From: Raillietiella orientalis
Taxonomy: Eukaryota
DNA: 64,000 nucleotides
Assembly (NCBI GenBank): GCA_036172245.1
Contig: JAYWIR010000022.1
Coordinates: forward strand, 2,852,001-2,916,000
Reading direction: 5' to 3'
A program made the position numbers and the translations under genes. The notes beneath the pieces were generated by a model, which was given only the letters and a program-made list of their open reading frames with translations, was not told where the DNA came from and made no database searches. Shown piece after piece: positions 1 to 10,933 of this stretch. Within the stretch, counting starts at the first letter, position 1, and the number at the start of each line of letters is the position of its first letter.

Positions 1-2655
1 AAGAAGGACGGGCGCCTTGCCCTGGCGCTGATGCTGCGGAGCGATTCTTCATCGGGAGTACTCTGACGGCTTCTCTCTCTCCTCGTTTTCGCGTGTTTTC
101 CTTCTTCTTCTCAGAGTAGACGGAAGCAGCGGGAACCCGCATCTTCCGGAACATCGAGCCCAACGACGTAATGTGCGGGAGGATCTCGCAAGGAAGGTCC
201 CTACACTTGCGCGCGCGCTCCCGCTGCCGGCGAAGAGCGTCAAATCCGCACGCGATACCCGAGGGGATCGACAGAAGTAGGGTGGGGCAGTCGAATGGAG
301 AGCACCCCCGCAAGAGCGAGCGTTCGGGCGCTGTTGGTTGAGCGCGTATCCCGTTTCGGTCGGCGCTCTCGAGTTTGGTCATCTGCCAATTCGGGGGTTC
401 TGGGGGACACCCCCCTCTTCCCATTCCACCGATCCCCTTTCGAAGTCATCCCGAGAACCCTGCTCTCGGAGACACTCCACTGTCTTCTCGCTGCCCTTCT
501 TCTGGATCGACCACTGGTTTTTAAAGCCACGCCCTCGGGTCCCTGGAGGCCGCACGTTCCCTTCGGATCGCCCCGAGCCACTCTATCGCTCCTAGACTTT
601 CGTCAGGTGTCCTCTATGGGGCAGAAAGTTCACCTAGACCACCTTCTATGCGAACTCCGGGTGTGTGTGGGGGTGGGTCGAGAAGGGTTGGAGGAGGAGA
701 GGTGGTTCCGTCAGTCAACGAGAGGGTGGCACCCAGAGAACGAAGGGCAGCAGCGCCCTTGGGGCAGTTCGACCGTCGCTTCTTCCCCGATGCCCGCGAG
801 TGCGGAGATGGAGACAGGGGAAAAGGAACTGTCGACGGCAGAGCGGCGGGGGAAGGGGAGGGACTCGCAGGTCCCTGGTCGTTCCTGAGCGGGCCGCGGC
901 ACACCGACTTTCGGGAGTTCGGGAGGGAGGGAGGTTCTAAACGCAAGATGATGCAGTGCGCGGTTCTCGATGAGCAGAAGCTCTGGTCCTTTCCGGCAGC
1001 CAGAAAGGGAAGAGAGGGAGGGAGAGCGCAAAGAAGCATCTGAGACGCCTGGCGGATCCAGATGCAGGGAGGCTGCAAGATCGTTTCTCTTGTTCGAGAG
1101 ATTCTCGAATCTAGAAGGTCAGGGAGAGAGAACAAGATGGAGCGTGGGAGGCGGCAAGACTCTGGAAAGATTTTTTCTCCCCCCCTCTCCCCCCCTTTAA
1201 CTCCGCACAGCCTCTTCGAAGGGGGCGGGGGTTGCGGGACCGGAAGCGGAACCCCTGCGAAGCAAGGAACCCGGCGGATGTATGCGGCGGCTTTCAGACG
1301 CGCGGCTGGGTGATGCCGCAGAGGTGCTTCTCCTCTTCTGGACCTTTCAAGTTCCTATGGAAGCTCTCCGTGGGTTCGCTGCCCGCCAGCGCCTGACGGG
1401 GATCTCCTGTGGCTCTCTGCCTCCCGTCTCCTCTCTGGGAACTGCGGAGGGGCGACCGGCGGCCAGCTGCACCTTCTGCGAGCGCCGAGGGGACGCAGTT
1501 GGAGAGCCAGCGATCCGATAGGAAGGGGAGAGGGGAGCCTCCCTCCCTCCTTGGCTGACTGTAGGAATTGTCAAGCCCCCGGTGGTTCGGTGTGACGAGG
1601 AGTCTGCGGTTTCTCCCTGCGTCCATGAGGAGTCCTGCCCTCTCTGGCACCTGTCACATGATTCGGGAATGTCCGGGGTGTGGCCCTGGATCAGCACTAC
1701 CGTCTGTCGAGAAGCCGCATTGGGCGTGTCTCGGCAACTGCCATGCTTGAATAGGTTGGGGATCATGCAGGGGCGCGAGGGGAGGAGCGTGGGTTTAGCC
1801 ACGCCTCCGGACGGGGTTTTAGGGTCAGTCCCAGCATAGGGAGACCGGGAGCAGCCCGAGGGAGCCATTTCTATCACATTGGAGAACATGAACAAAGAGG
1901 TGGGGGGGAAAGGTGACCATGGAAATGCATAGGTCTCCAAGGTAACGAGAGGCGTTCCCGGAAAAAGAGGGCGAACCTAATTTCGAACTCCTCCTAGTCT
2001 AGGAAGAAAGAAGGGAGGAAGGCAGGATCCTCCGGAATTCGAGCATCTCCCATGAGCTCCTGGAAGGTCTTCACGGAAGGCCGGTGGCGACGGAAGCCGC
2101 GTGGGCAGCCTGACTACATGAAGGAGGACGGAAGAAGCGGAAAAGGGAGGAAGCGGGAGGGGCAAGCTTTCCTCCCTGCTTCCAGGAGCGCGCAATGGCG
2201 TCGCTCCGAAGGAAGAAAGGACAGCGCCACCAGGGTGCATCAGCTTCCCGAACAGCGGAGGAAGGAAGGAAGCCGCAGGCGTCTTTCGGTGCCTGAGGCT
2301 TCCTTCCTTTTCGGCGCGGTCGAGAGCGGCGGGGGTCAGGGATGCAGGAGGAGGAGTGGGAAGCGGAGCGTCCGCTCCCGCGGAGAGGGCGCGCTCCTCC
2401 CAGCTCAAGGGTGTATCCAGAGATGGGACAGAAGCAAGCAGAGTAGGGGTGGGGAATGCTGGTGCCGGCGATGCGCGCGCCACCGCCAGCGCTCCTCAGT
2501 CGCAACCCCGACCGTTTCCCGGAGATGCGCGCTCCACCCCCTCCTGAGGGATCGGAGAGAAAGCCGCGGGGCCGAGAGATCCGGACCGTCGGGAGGACCC
2601 TCTCGGCCCCTTCTCCTTCGGCCGCCGAGACCCGTCCATAACCCTTCCTCCTCAC

Positions 2656-2776
2656 CTCTGACCGCCAGCTTCAGTATCTTCAGCGGCAGCTGGTCCTCGG
2701 CGACGCCGCGCAGGGTGAGCGTCTCGTCGAATTCCGGGTTGGAGCTTCGGACCGCCTTCGTCCTCAGCTTGGAGCA
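2656..2776 (-). CDS. Rph: Rabphilin exon 10, C2A (CSKLRTKAVRSSNPEFDETLTLRGVAEDQLPLKILKLAVR)
   Basis: Aligns to KLRTKT...NP.WNETL.Y.GIT..D...KTLRISV; acceptor ccgcgcag|, donor G|gtgagg; 121 nt, phase 0-1. Confidence 0.92.
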
Positions 2777-2866
2777 CTGCGCGGGGCCATGGGGCCGACC
2801 AGAGAAAGGAAAAAGGAACGGACGGCGGGGTCGGCCAGGGCAGCCTCCTGGGGGGCGGGCACTTAC

Positions 2867-2950
2867 GCCATCCGCTCCGTTGGCGGGAGTCGTCGACGCC
2901 TCCACGTACACCAGCGGCACGGAGAACCGACTGTCCCTGACCACGAGACC
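2867..2950 (-). CDS. Rph: Rabphilin exon 9, C2A (GLVVRDSRFSVPLVYVEASTTPANGADG)
   Basis: Acceptor tgtacttccag|, donor GGC|gtaagt; 84 nt, phase 0-0; aligns to [25 protein letters not shown]. Confidence 0.85.
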
Positions 2951-4867
2951 CTGGAAGTACAGGGAATGGAGAGAGAGGAGGAAGCGGACGGAACAAGGGA
3001 GAGGGGAGAATTCCCCGGAAGGAAGGAGCTGCCTTTCCTTCACCTCTCCCTGAGTCCACGGGAAGTCTCTCTTTCCGTCTCTCGCCAGGAGCGAGAGACG
3101 CCTCTCTGCTGCTCGGCCTGCCCACCCGCCCCGCAGCCTCAGACACCCCGGAGGAGTGGCTCCTCTTCCACCCTCGGGGTCTGCCCCCTCACCGTCTTGT
3201 CCCCTGAATGCCGATATCGACATTCCCATTTGCAGGGGACGACCCAGGAGAAACGCGCCCCGGTCCCACGGAATCATCAAGAGGTTTGTCTACCCCTTTC
3301 TCCCCTCCCTTTCTAAAGAGGGGGGGAAGGGAAGATTCGGCGGTCTCCTCCAAGGTGGACGGGCTCCCTCCCCACCTTCACGCGGCTCCCGACGGGAGGA
3401 AGAGTCCCGGACAGGCAGAACTTCCTCAGTGCGGAGGCCAACACACGTCGTGTGCACACCGGAGGCCACCCTCCCACGGCTCGAGAAGACCCCCTCGATC
3501 GTGGATGCCCACGCCGACCTTGTGACTTTTCCACTGGTGGTTTTTTCCGACTCCGTGGAAGTGAAGAGGATGGCTGCGCCGCGACGGCGCTCTTTCCCAG
3601 GATTCTTCTTGTCGAAATGCCCGGAGAGACGGGGTCTCGGACACCCCACTCGGATGCACTCCCTTCGACGATTCCCGGAACGCAGGCGGAGCTCCTGAGA
3701 CGTTGCAGCGGTAGATGGGGAAGAAGCAGCGGTTGCCTTTCGGTGGCCGACCACTCTTCGGTGGGACTGTTTGACCCAAACGGGACGTGCTTGGTACCAC
3801 CTCGAAGCCTGGAATCCCTTGACAAATCAGTAGGATGAGGAGGGACCCAGTGAGCGCCTTGCATGACCTCGGAAAGTCACTGCACGGAGCATTGGTCGAG
3901 TGGCGAGAATCACTGCCACCTGGATGAGGAACAATTCGCCATCCTCAGGAGACTGGGCGACAGATTCTCTGGAAGTTCCCTGAAGAGGTGCTGCCACCTT
4001 ACCCCACTCCCCCTCCAAGGTGAGGAAAGCTTCGAGGCGGTTCAGACTCATGTTGCCAGGGCGCAAGACTGCAGCTGCAGCAGCCCTCCAAGTTTTCCTC
4101 GTCTTGCAGCTTCCGGGGTCTTCCAGGCACCACTACTATCCCTTACCAGTTGCCTGGCGATCGGGAGGCGGGGGAGGAGGACCAGCGGGGAAGAGGAGCA
4201 GGGGGAATTCCTTTCTTCCGTGTGAAGAGCTCCCGACGACGACGAGAGACCTCGGCGCATCTTTACGCGACCTTGTCTTCAGCGCTCCTGCAGCTTCCCG
4301 CACCTTCTTGCACGTAAGTTTCGTCGGGACCACACCGCGGCGGCTCCAGGCTTTGCGCACCCTCGCTGCTCTACTCCTTCTCTCCCTTCTTCCTCTTCCT
4401 CCTCCTTCATTAATTCATTTCTGCTCCCTCTCCCTCCTCCTCGTCGTCGTTGTGATCGCCATCACCCCTTCTTCTTCCTCCTCCTCCTTCCTTCCTTCCT
4501 TACTTTCTCCTCGACCACGCAGAATTTCGGGATAATGCATCCGTCGTCGCGCGGGCCGTGGGAAGGACACCATGAGAGACCAGCAGGATCGGGAGAGGTC
4601 TTCAAGCCACGTACCCTCGCTGCAATCGGAGGCGACAGGAGCCATCGACATGCAAAGGCGAACCGCAGGGCCTGTTGTCGCCCCAACATCCCTTTCCTTT
4701 GAATTCCCCACAACTGCCAGAGGGAAGGGGGAGGAGAAGAGCCATGGTCCTTACGAGAACGGACCCCATTCCTCGCACCATTTGCTACCGACATCTATGG
4801 CCACCATCCCCTGAGAACCGAGGACCCCCAGAGGGAGGGACGCAGGGAGCGACTCCCGATGGGTTAC

Positions 4868-4947
4868 CTTCGCTCGGAAGATGGCGCAGCACAGGGTGTG
4901 GGAGATGGCGTTGTACTCGGTGGAGAACTCCAAGCTGCCCAGAGTCA
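4868..4947 (-). CDS. Rph: Rabphilin exon 8, start of C2A (LTLGSLEFSTEYNAISHTLCCAIFRAK)
   Basis: Matches rabphilin/Doc2 C2A TLG.LEF...Y......L.C.I..AK; acceptor ttcatag|, donor AAG|gtaacc; 80 nt, phase 1-0. Confidence 0.92.
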
Positions 4948-5012
4948 CTATGAACGGGCCCGAAGAAAAGCTATGGTCAGGCTTCACGGGGGGCACCGGC
5001 CCCCCTACTTAC

Positions 5013-5068
5013 GGTCGCTGGCCGGCAGATTCCTCAGAGGCGTGCTGGAGCTGTTCCCTATGCTGCCG
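5013..5068 (-). CDS. Rph: Rabphilin exon 7 (CGSIGNSSSTPLRNLPASD)
   Basis: Acceptor ctaaccttgccccag| with ctaac branch site, donor C|gtaagt; 56 nt, phase 2-1 bridges exons 6 and 8. Confidence 0.8.
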
Positions 5069-5114
5069 CTGGGGCAAGGTTAGGAGCCTCGGTGATGAAG
5101 GGGTGGGGGCTTAC

Positions 5115-5226
5115 CAGCTCCTGTTCCTGGTGGAAAGGAGGACAACTTCACGGGGTATCCTCTCCCTCTCCTCCTGGAGGGAGTAGAAGGAGTTCTGTCT
5201 CTGCCAGGGTCGGCCGTAGTTCGAAT
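5115..5226 (-). CDS. Rph: Rabphilin exon 6, linker (DSNYGRPWQRQNSFYSLQEERERIPREVVLLSTRNRS)
   Basis: Long pyrimidine acceptor tgttcttctcccttcctccag|, donor TG|gtaagc; 112 nt, phase 1-2. Confidence 0.8.
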
Positions 5227-6020
5227 CTGGAGGAAGGGAGAAGAACAGACAGAGGTCCCGTGACGAATTGGATCTTCGGGCATCTGCACGCGCGCGCGTT
5301 CTCGGGACGACTCGCCCGGCGTCCCTCCCCCCTCCTCCCCAGGCGGCGTGCTCGTGGTTACCGGAACAGCCGCCTTCGATCGCGCTCTCGTTTTCCTCTC
5401 GCTCTGGAGAGCGCTGCTCAGTTTCTGACGATGCGGAAAATTCCCGGGAGGGCTCGGTCGCGCGCGGGAACGCTCTCCTTGCTGCTGCTGCTGTTGAGCT
5501 GCATCCCAAAGGATAGCCTCAAGGGATCTTCTCCCGTGAGAAGGAACCAGCGGGCCGAGAAAGACCGTACTTCGCGGATGTGGGGGAGGGGAGGCACCGA
5601 GGCACCGTCGCAGTCAGGACGTCGTTCCGGGCGTCGAGGAGAGCCGCCGCACAGCAGGAACCCCCTCTTCCCTTCTCCCGCTGCTTCCAGCCTGCTCAGC
5701 TCACAGGAGACGTTCCCGAAGGCCGCGCGATTGACCGCCTTTCCTCGCAGAGGTCCCTCTTCCACCTCTTCCTTTCTCGCGAAACGTGGAGCGGTAGCCC
5801 TTGCTGGTGTTCGCTCCCGCCAGTGCACCTCCGCGTTCCCCTGTTCTTTCCGTTCTCGCTGCAGACGGTATTGGACTCTTTCTCCATTTTCCCCTAGCTC
5901 GCGTCCTGTGCCTTCCGGGGAGAACCGTCCCTCCGTTCCGCGGAGCTGCTTCAGGAGATGCGATTCCCGGAAACAAAGGGTCCCGGTCCCGTCGGATTTG
6001 CGAGCTTCCGCTTACAAATT

Positions 6021-6142
6021 TCCCTGGGGGGTCACTGGAAGATAAATTCCAGGGGCGCAGGGGCGGGAACTCCTGCCGCTATACTCAACAGAGTATCCCG
6101 AGCAGTATGGGGGATGCTGAGCGGAAGCATCTACAGTAGGAG
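6021..6142. repeat. ~120-bp structured direct repeat A, copy 1
   Basis: Closely similar to 7791-7913. Confidence 0.9.
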
Positions 6143-7790
6143 GAGAGAGGTCGCCTCCCATCTTCATCCGAGGCTGGGAAGCATTTGCCCCAGGGTGCTG
6201 CTTTCACCAGCCCCCTCCCCCTCCTCTCCTCTTTGTTTATACCCTCATGGTGCATTTTCGTCAATGATATATCCTCCCTCCCCTACTCCTATCTCTCTTT
6301 CTCTCCTTGCTTTCATTTTTGGATCCCTTCGGCGTCATTTTGCAGGGAGATCAACTCCTCCTAGCTACGCGTCGTTAGGGAAACCATTTTTCTTCCTCCT
6401 CCCCTCTGCCCCAGGGGAATCGCGAGTCTCTCTGCTCCTCCGATTCCCCCTTCTGACTTTCCCTGCAACTCTTGCGCTGGTGAACCTCGAGGACTCCAGC
6501 TGCCTCCCCTGCGTTTCGGGGGCCGAAAATTCCAGCCAGAGGAAAGCCCACTTCCTGCCTGCTCGGGGCTTAGCCCAACACGGTGTCCATCGCGTTCTTC
6601 AGCAAGACGTGACCTCGACGTTCCCTATCGATCCGCGAGCCGACAGGAAGGAGGCAGCTCCCGGATCCTCCGAACGCATCCGAAGCTCTGAGAGCATCGA
6701 AGGGATCACGCGGTAATGCTGCGCCCGCTGGAGGGGGGGAGGTCCGGGTGTCCAGGAAATGGAAACATTCCTCCCCCCATCCGGCGAGGAGGCACATGGT
6801 TCACCTAAGAACCGCGACCGCTTCCCTCGCGCGCTCCTTGGATTTTGCAGGCTGATCTTCCCAGCTTGGCGCGCGATCGGACACCCGCGCGTCCTTCCGC
6901 GTGGGCACGAGACGCGAGCTCCGACGCTACACACCTCCTCTCGGCTCGCGCGGAGCACTGACGACCCCAAAATCTCCCTAGAGGGGACGACGCCCCTCCC
7001 TCCTGCGCCCTATGAAATCAAAATTCTGATCCGCGACCCCATCACCATTTCCTCATCACCACCGCGCTCTTCTTCGAAGGTCCTCAAGTTCCTCTGGTCG
7101 CTCCTGAGCTCGAAGAACGCTTCCGACACCCACTGCAGTCCAACTCCATCCCGTAAGATTCCAGGAGGATTCTCAGACGCCGAACTCTATCGGACGTGGT
7201 GCCGTCTTTACCTCTTGGTCGTGGCTCTCGGCGACGCATTTCCCTTCTTGCACGGCCACGCAGCCTTCGTTTTCGCGCCTGAACCGTAGGCTCTGCAGGT
7301 CACGTGGTCCATGACCGACTCTCGGGACGGATGCTCACGGTGCAGCGAGGACTTGTTACGTCACCGACAGAATGTAAACGACTTTCCGCGTCTTCGTACC
7401 GTCACCCAAGTTGCCGAGACCTGCGTGAAATTAGGTGTGGCATCTGCAGGAGTGCCTGAGGCAGACTTTCGAGATCCCAGGGACCTTAGCTGGCCCCGTT
7501 GTCCGCGAGTCGGAGCTCGGAATCTCGGCGAAAATGTCAGCCATCGTCAAAAAGATGGGTTTCCATTTCCGGTCTTCTGGAACTTCCAGGAATCGAGACC
7601 TATTTCTGCAAGGAAACGAGTGGGGAGCGAACTTGCACGGAAAGGATCGACAGGAAGGTGAGAGGAAGACTGCTGCTGGGGATGTTCTGTGGTTTTTCCG
7701 CTTCAGAGAAGAGAAAGGGCGGAAAGAGGTGGACATTGCGGAAGCAACTCAGACGCCCCGGAAAGAGTGGTTGGGATAGCCAAGCGAATC

Positions 7791-7913
7791 TCCCTGCGGG
7801 GGTCATTGAAAAATAAATTCCAGGGGCGCAAGGGCGGGAACTCCTGCCGCAATACTCCACAGAGTACCCCGAGCATTATGAGGGATGCTGTGCGGAAGCA
7901 TCCACAGTAGGAG
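7791..7913. repeat. ~120-bp structured direct repeat A, copy 2
   Basis: Closely similar to 6021-6142. Confidence 0.9.
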
Positions 7914-8171
7914 ATTCGCTCGGCTCCTCTCCCTGAATTCACCAGCGTCACACGCCGTTGGAAACTGTCCAGGAGCTGTCAGGACTCTCCAGTCTTCGAA
8001 CCCGGAAACGAACGGAGAAGATTTGCTCGCGGACAGCACTGGACCGCCTGTCCCGACGACTTTTACGAAGTTTACAGGGCAGGAGAGGGGAGCGGACTAG
8101 GGCCCGGGAACCAGATGTCTCTCCACCCCTCGATGTACGATGAGCACATGGATCACCCGCACTCCTAAGGG

Positions 8172-8288
8172 AACACGGGAACGCTCCGGAACTCCGCGCA
8201 GCGTCAGGGGGCGTCCATTAGCATCCTCTCCATGGGACGCTTCTGTGCAACGCACGGTCCTCGCCCCTCAAGCATTCCAGGAAGAGGG
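8172..8288. repeat. Diverged ~117-bp direct repeat D, copy 1
   Basis: aacacgggaacgc...cgtccatt...cgcttctg.gcaa...ctcgcccctc..gcattcc.ggaagaggg shared with 8690-8806. Confidence 0.8.
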
Positions 8289-8689
8289 TCTTACAGTTGA
8301 AGCTCGAAAAGGTATCACGTGGCGTGTGCTGGTCGGACGGTCTGCCCGCAAGACCTGCCGCCTCGGGGAAGAGGCGTCGCCGCAAGCATCCTAGCGACGT
8401 CCTCATCGGCAAGAAGGAGATTCTTCCTGGATTGGATTCCAGTCCAAGGATGCGAGATTCCCATCCCTTCTTCCGCATTCCAGAGATTCCGTTCCCCTCA
8501 TAGCTAAGGGACTCTGGTTGCATGCTCCCCACGTGTATGCAGCCCGTGGGAACCGGTGCATACGAGGCAGCTGATCCTTCCTCCCGAACTGACGGAATAA
8601 CGCCCTGGAGATCTCCATTCCCCTTCCTCTCCATTTTGTGTGTGTGTGTGTATTTTTTTCCTCTGAATTTCTTCCCCTTTCATTTAGGC

Positions 8690-8806
8690 AACACGGGAAC
8701 GCGCTGAGATTCCATGCTGCATCAGGGGACGTCCATTGGCGGCCTCCCTCCGGGGCGCTTCTGCGCAATGCATGGGTCTCGCCCCTCGGGCATTCCGGGA
8801 AGAGGG
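8690..8806. repeat. Diverged ~117-bp direct repeat D, copy 2
   Basis: See 8172-8288. Confidence 0.8.
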
Positions 8807-10351
8807 GGAAAGAACGCTTTCCGATACGGAGAGTCCTCTCTAGGGATCTGAGAGGGGAGTGGGGAAAGGGAGAGGGGAGGTTGAAGTCAGAAACTCGAGG
8901 GAGGACTCCTTCCGTGTCGGATGCTCGGGACAGGGGCGGGGTGGCGCCGGCCCTGTGATCCCCTTGCGCACTACTCCGGTTGAGTCTCGGAGCCCCTGAC
9001 CTTGGGTCAGAAGAGGCCACTGCCGCGCACGTGCCGGGCGTTACGACCATCAATGGGATCACATGGTTCTGTCTTCCAGGTCTCTTGTCCCTCGCAGCCA
9101 CGCGAGCCCTGACATCGCGATCGTGCCGAGATGACTCCTCCCAGTCAGAAGAGCACCGGATCCAACGACGCCGGGTCCGCCAGCTTCCAGCTTCAGGGTT
9201 AAAGCCGCCGCCGGAGGAGATGCTCTTGGAGGAGGCGGAGGGAAAGGCTCGACCCCAAGCCAGCGCACATTTCACACGATGGGTCTCGACGGCGGACTTG
9301 ACACCGCAGGGGCGACGCATAGGTCAAGTGATCTCCCGCGCGGAATGCAGATGGGGTTGCTCATTCCTTGCCGCTCGTTTCTTCGCTTGCCCAAGGACGA
9401 GGTCCACGTGGCTTCTGATCGTCAGCTGCATTCACCATCAACGACTTGCTCCCGGTCGTTCGACCAGAGGGGAGGATGGGTCAGCGGTGGATGAGGACTT
9501 TGTGAAGGGAGGGGAAGAAAGATGTTCCTCTTCCGCTTGCGGAATTCTCAAGACGCCCAAAGGCGCAAGAGAGAAGGAGGAAAGGAAGAGGTGGATTCTT
9601 GCTTGGCTTGCTCATAACCTGGTCTCTGTGAAACGATCGAACGTAGCGCCCTGCATGCTGACCCCGTGCTCGAGAACCACGCCCGCCGTCTAGCTCATCC
9701 CGCATCGGACTGGTTGGTTTGCGCCCTCGTTCGACTGCAATGTCCTTCCCTTTTCCCTTCTCCGCGCCGCACTCGCGAATTTCACCGCCGACTGAGAACG
9801 GGGAGCTTCGTGCACGGGGGCGAAACCGGAGGACCCTGGAGAAGAAGTCCTGGAAACGTGCTTTATCTGAGAGGGCAGACTTCCTCCCTCTGGGTCTTCG
9901 GTCGTCAGAAACAGTCCGAATGGCCTCGGGAGGGAGAGATGGGGAAGAGGATGGACGGAAAGGAATTTGAAGCCACAAACCTGCCTCCAACAAGAGAGGG
10001 AGAGGAAGGGAAAGGGGATTCAGTTCTATCGTCGAAGTCGAGATGCGCGTATTCAAGTAGCCAAAGGTCGTGGGCGAGACGGACTTCCTGATTTCTTGGA
10101 GTGTCGTCCCTTCGGTGGGATCCGTCGCCTGCGCTTCAGTTTCGAAGAGATCCGTGGAGAAACGGATGCTGCGCGCCGACACGAGGTTTAGAGACGCGTT
10201 CCTCGATCAGGTGGAAGGCGCTGCGAGTGGGATTCAGGAAGCTGGACAAACGGGATACCGAACCGAGTCGCCTCTTTCTCTCCCCCTCCATCGCCTGTCA
10301 AGTTGGACTGCCATGCCCCAAGGCCAGGAGCGCCTTGCCAGCTATCCGAGG

Positions 10352-10532
10352 GCAAGCATTTCGTTTCGGTGCGATCTGAGAAAAGAGAGCACTCCACGAA
10401 GGCTTTCGAAGTGAGTGGACGTAAGGCTATTGACGGACAAGCAAGGGATGGGGACGGAAGATGAATGCAGCTGGAAGACGAGCCAACAGTCACGCGGGAA
10501 ATGGAGGGACATGCCCCTTGCTCCCCAATGCG
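10352..10532. repeat. ~180-bp direct repeat B, copy 1
   Basis: Highly similar to 13235-13416 (cgtttcggtgcgatctgagaaaagagagcactc...ggaagacgagccaacagtcacgcgggaaa). Confidence 0.92.
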
Positions 10533-10933
10533 CCCACCTCACTCCTCGCCGCGATATCCATTCCGGTTTGCAAGAAGTTTCCTGCCCGAACTTCAGAAAA
10601 GGTCAGGGTCTCCAGAAACCCCTTCCATCCTCTTTCTTTTTTCTCGGACGCTTCGGAAGCCCAGCTCTCTTTCCGGAGTGCATGCTTCGCCATCGGCAGT
10701 CTGGAGCACGAGATGTGCCGCAACCATCGTAGTGTACTTGCGCTGTTCCTGGAGGAGGGCTTTCCTCAAAAGCAGGGGAGGGGGGAAGAGAAGAAGGGGT
10801 GGAGGTGGCGGGGGAGACGCTCGCTGCGTAGTAGTGCTGAAGCAACCGGCCGTCGCAGTGGCAGTCTTCCCCCTCCCTCTCGACTGCACATTCCGGTGGG
10901 CGATCCGGACACGGCCCGTACAACTCGTGGACA

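Noticed and set aside
1570..1750. Possible decayed CCHC knuckle (CPL...HMIRECP) on the plus strand
   Set aside because: Split across frames and too short to call a retroelement fragment
4615..4713. Exon-like segment with AG/GT ends (VVGNSKERDVG...DCSE), 99 nt
   Set aside because: That reading is phase 1-1, but it lies between phase-0 boundaries of exons 8 and 9, which already join into a continuous C2A alignment
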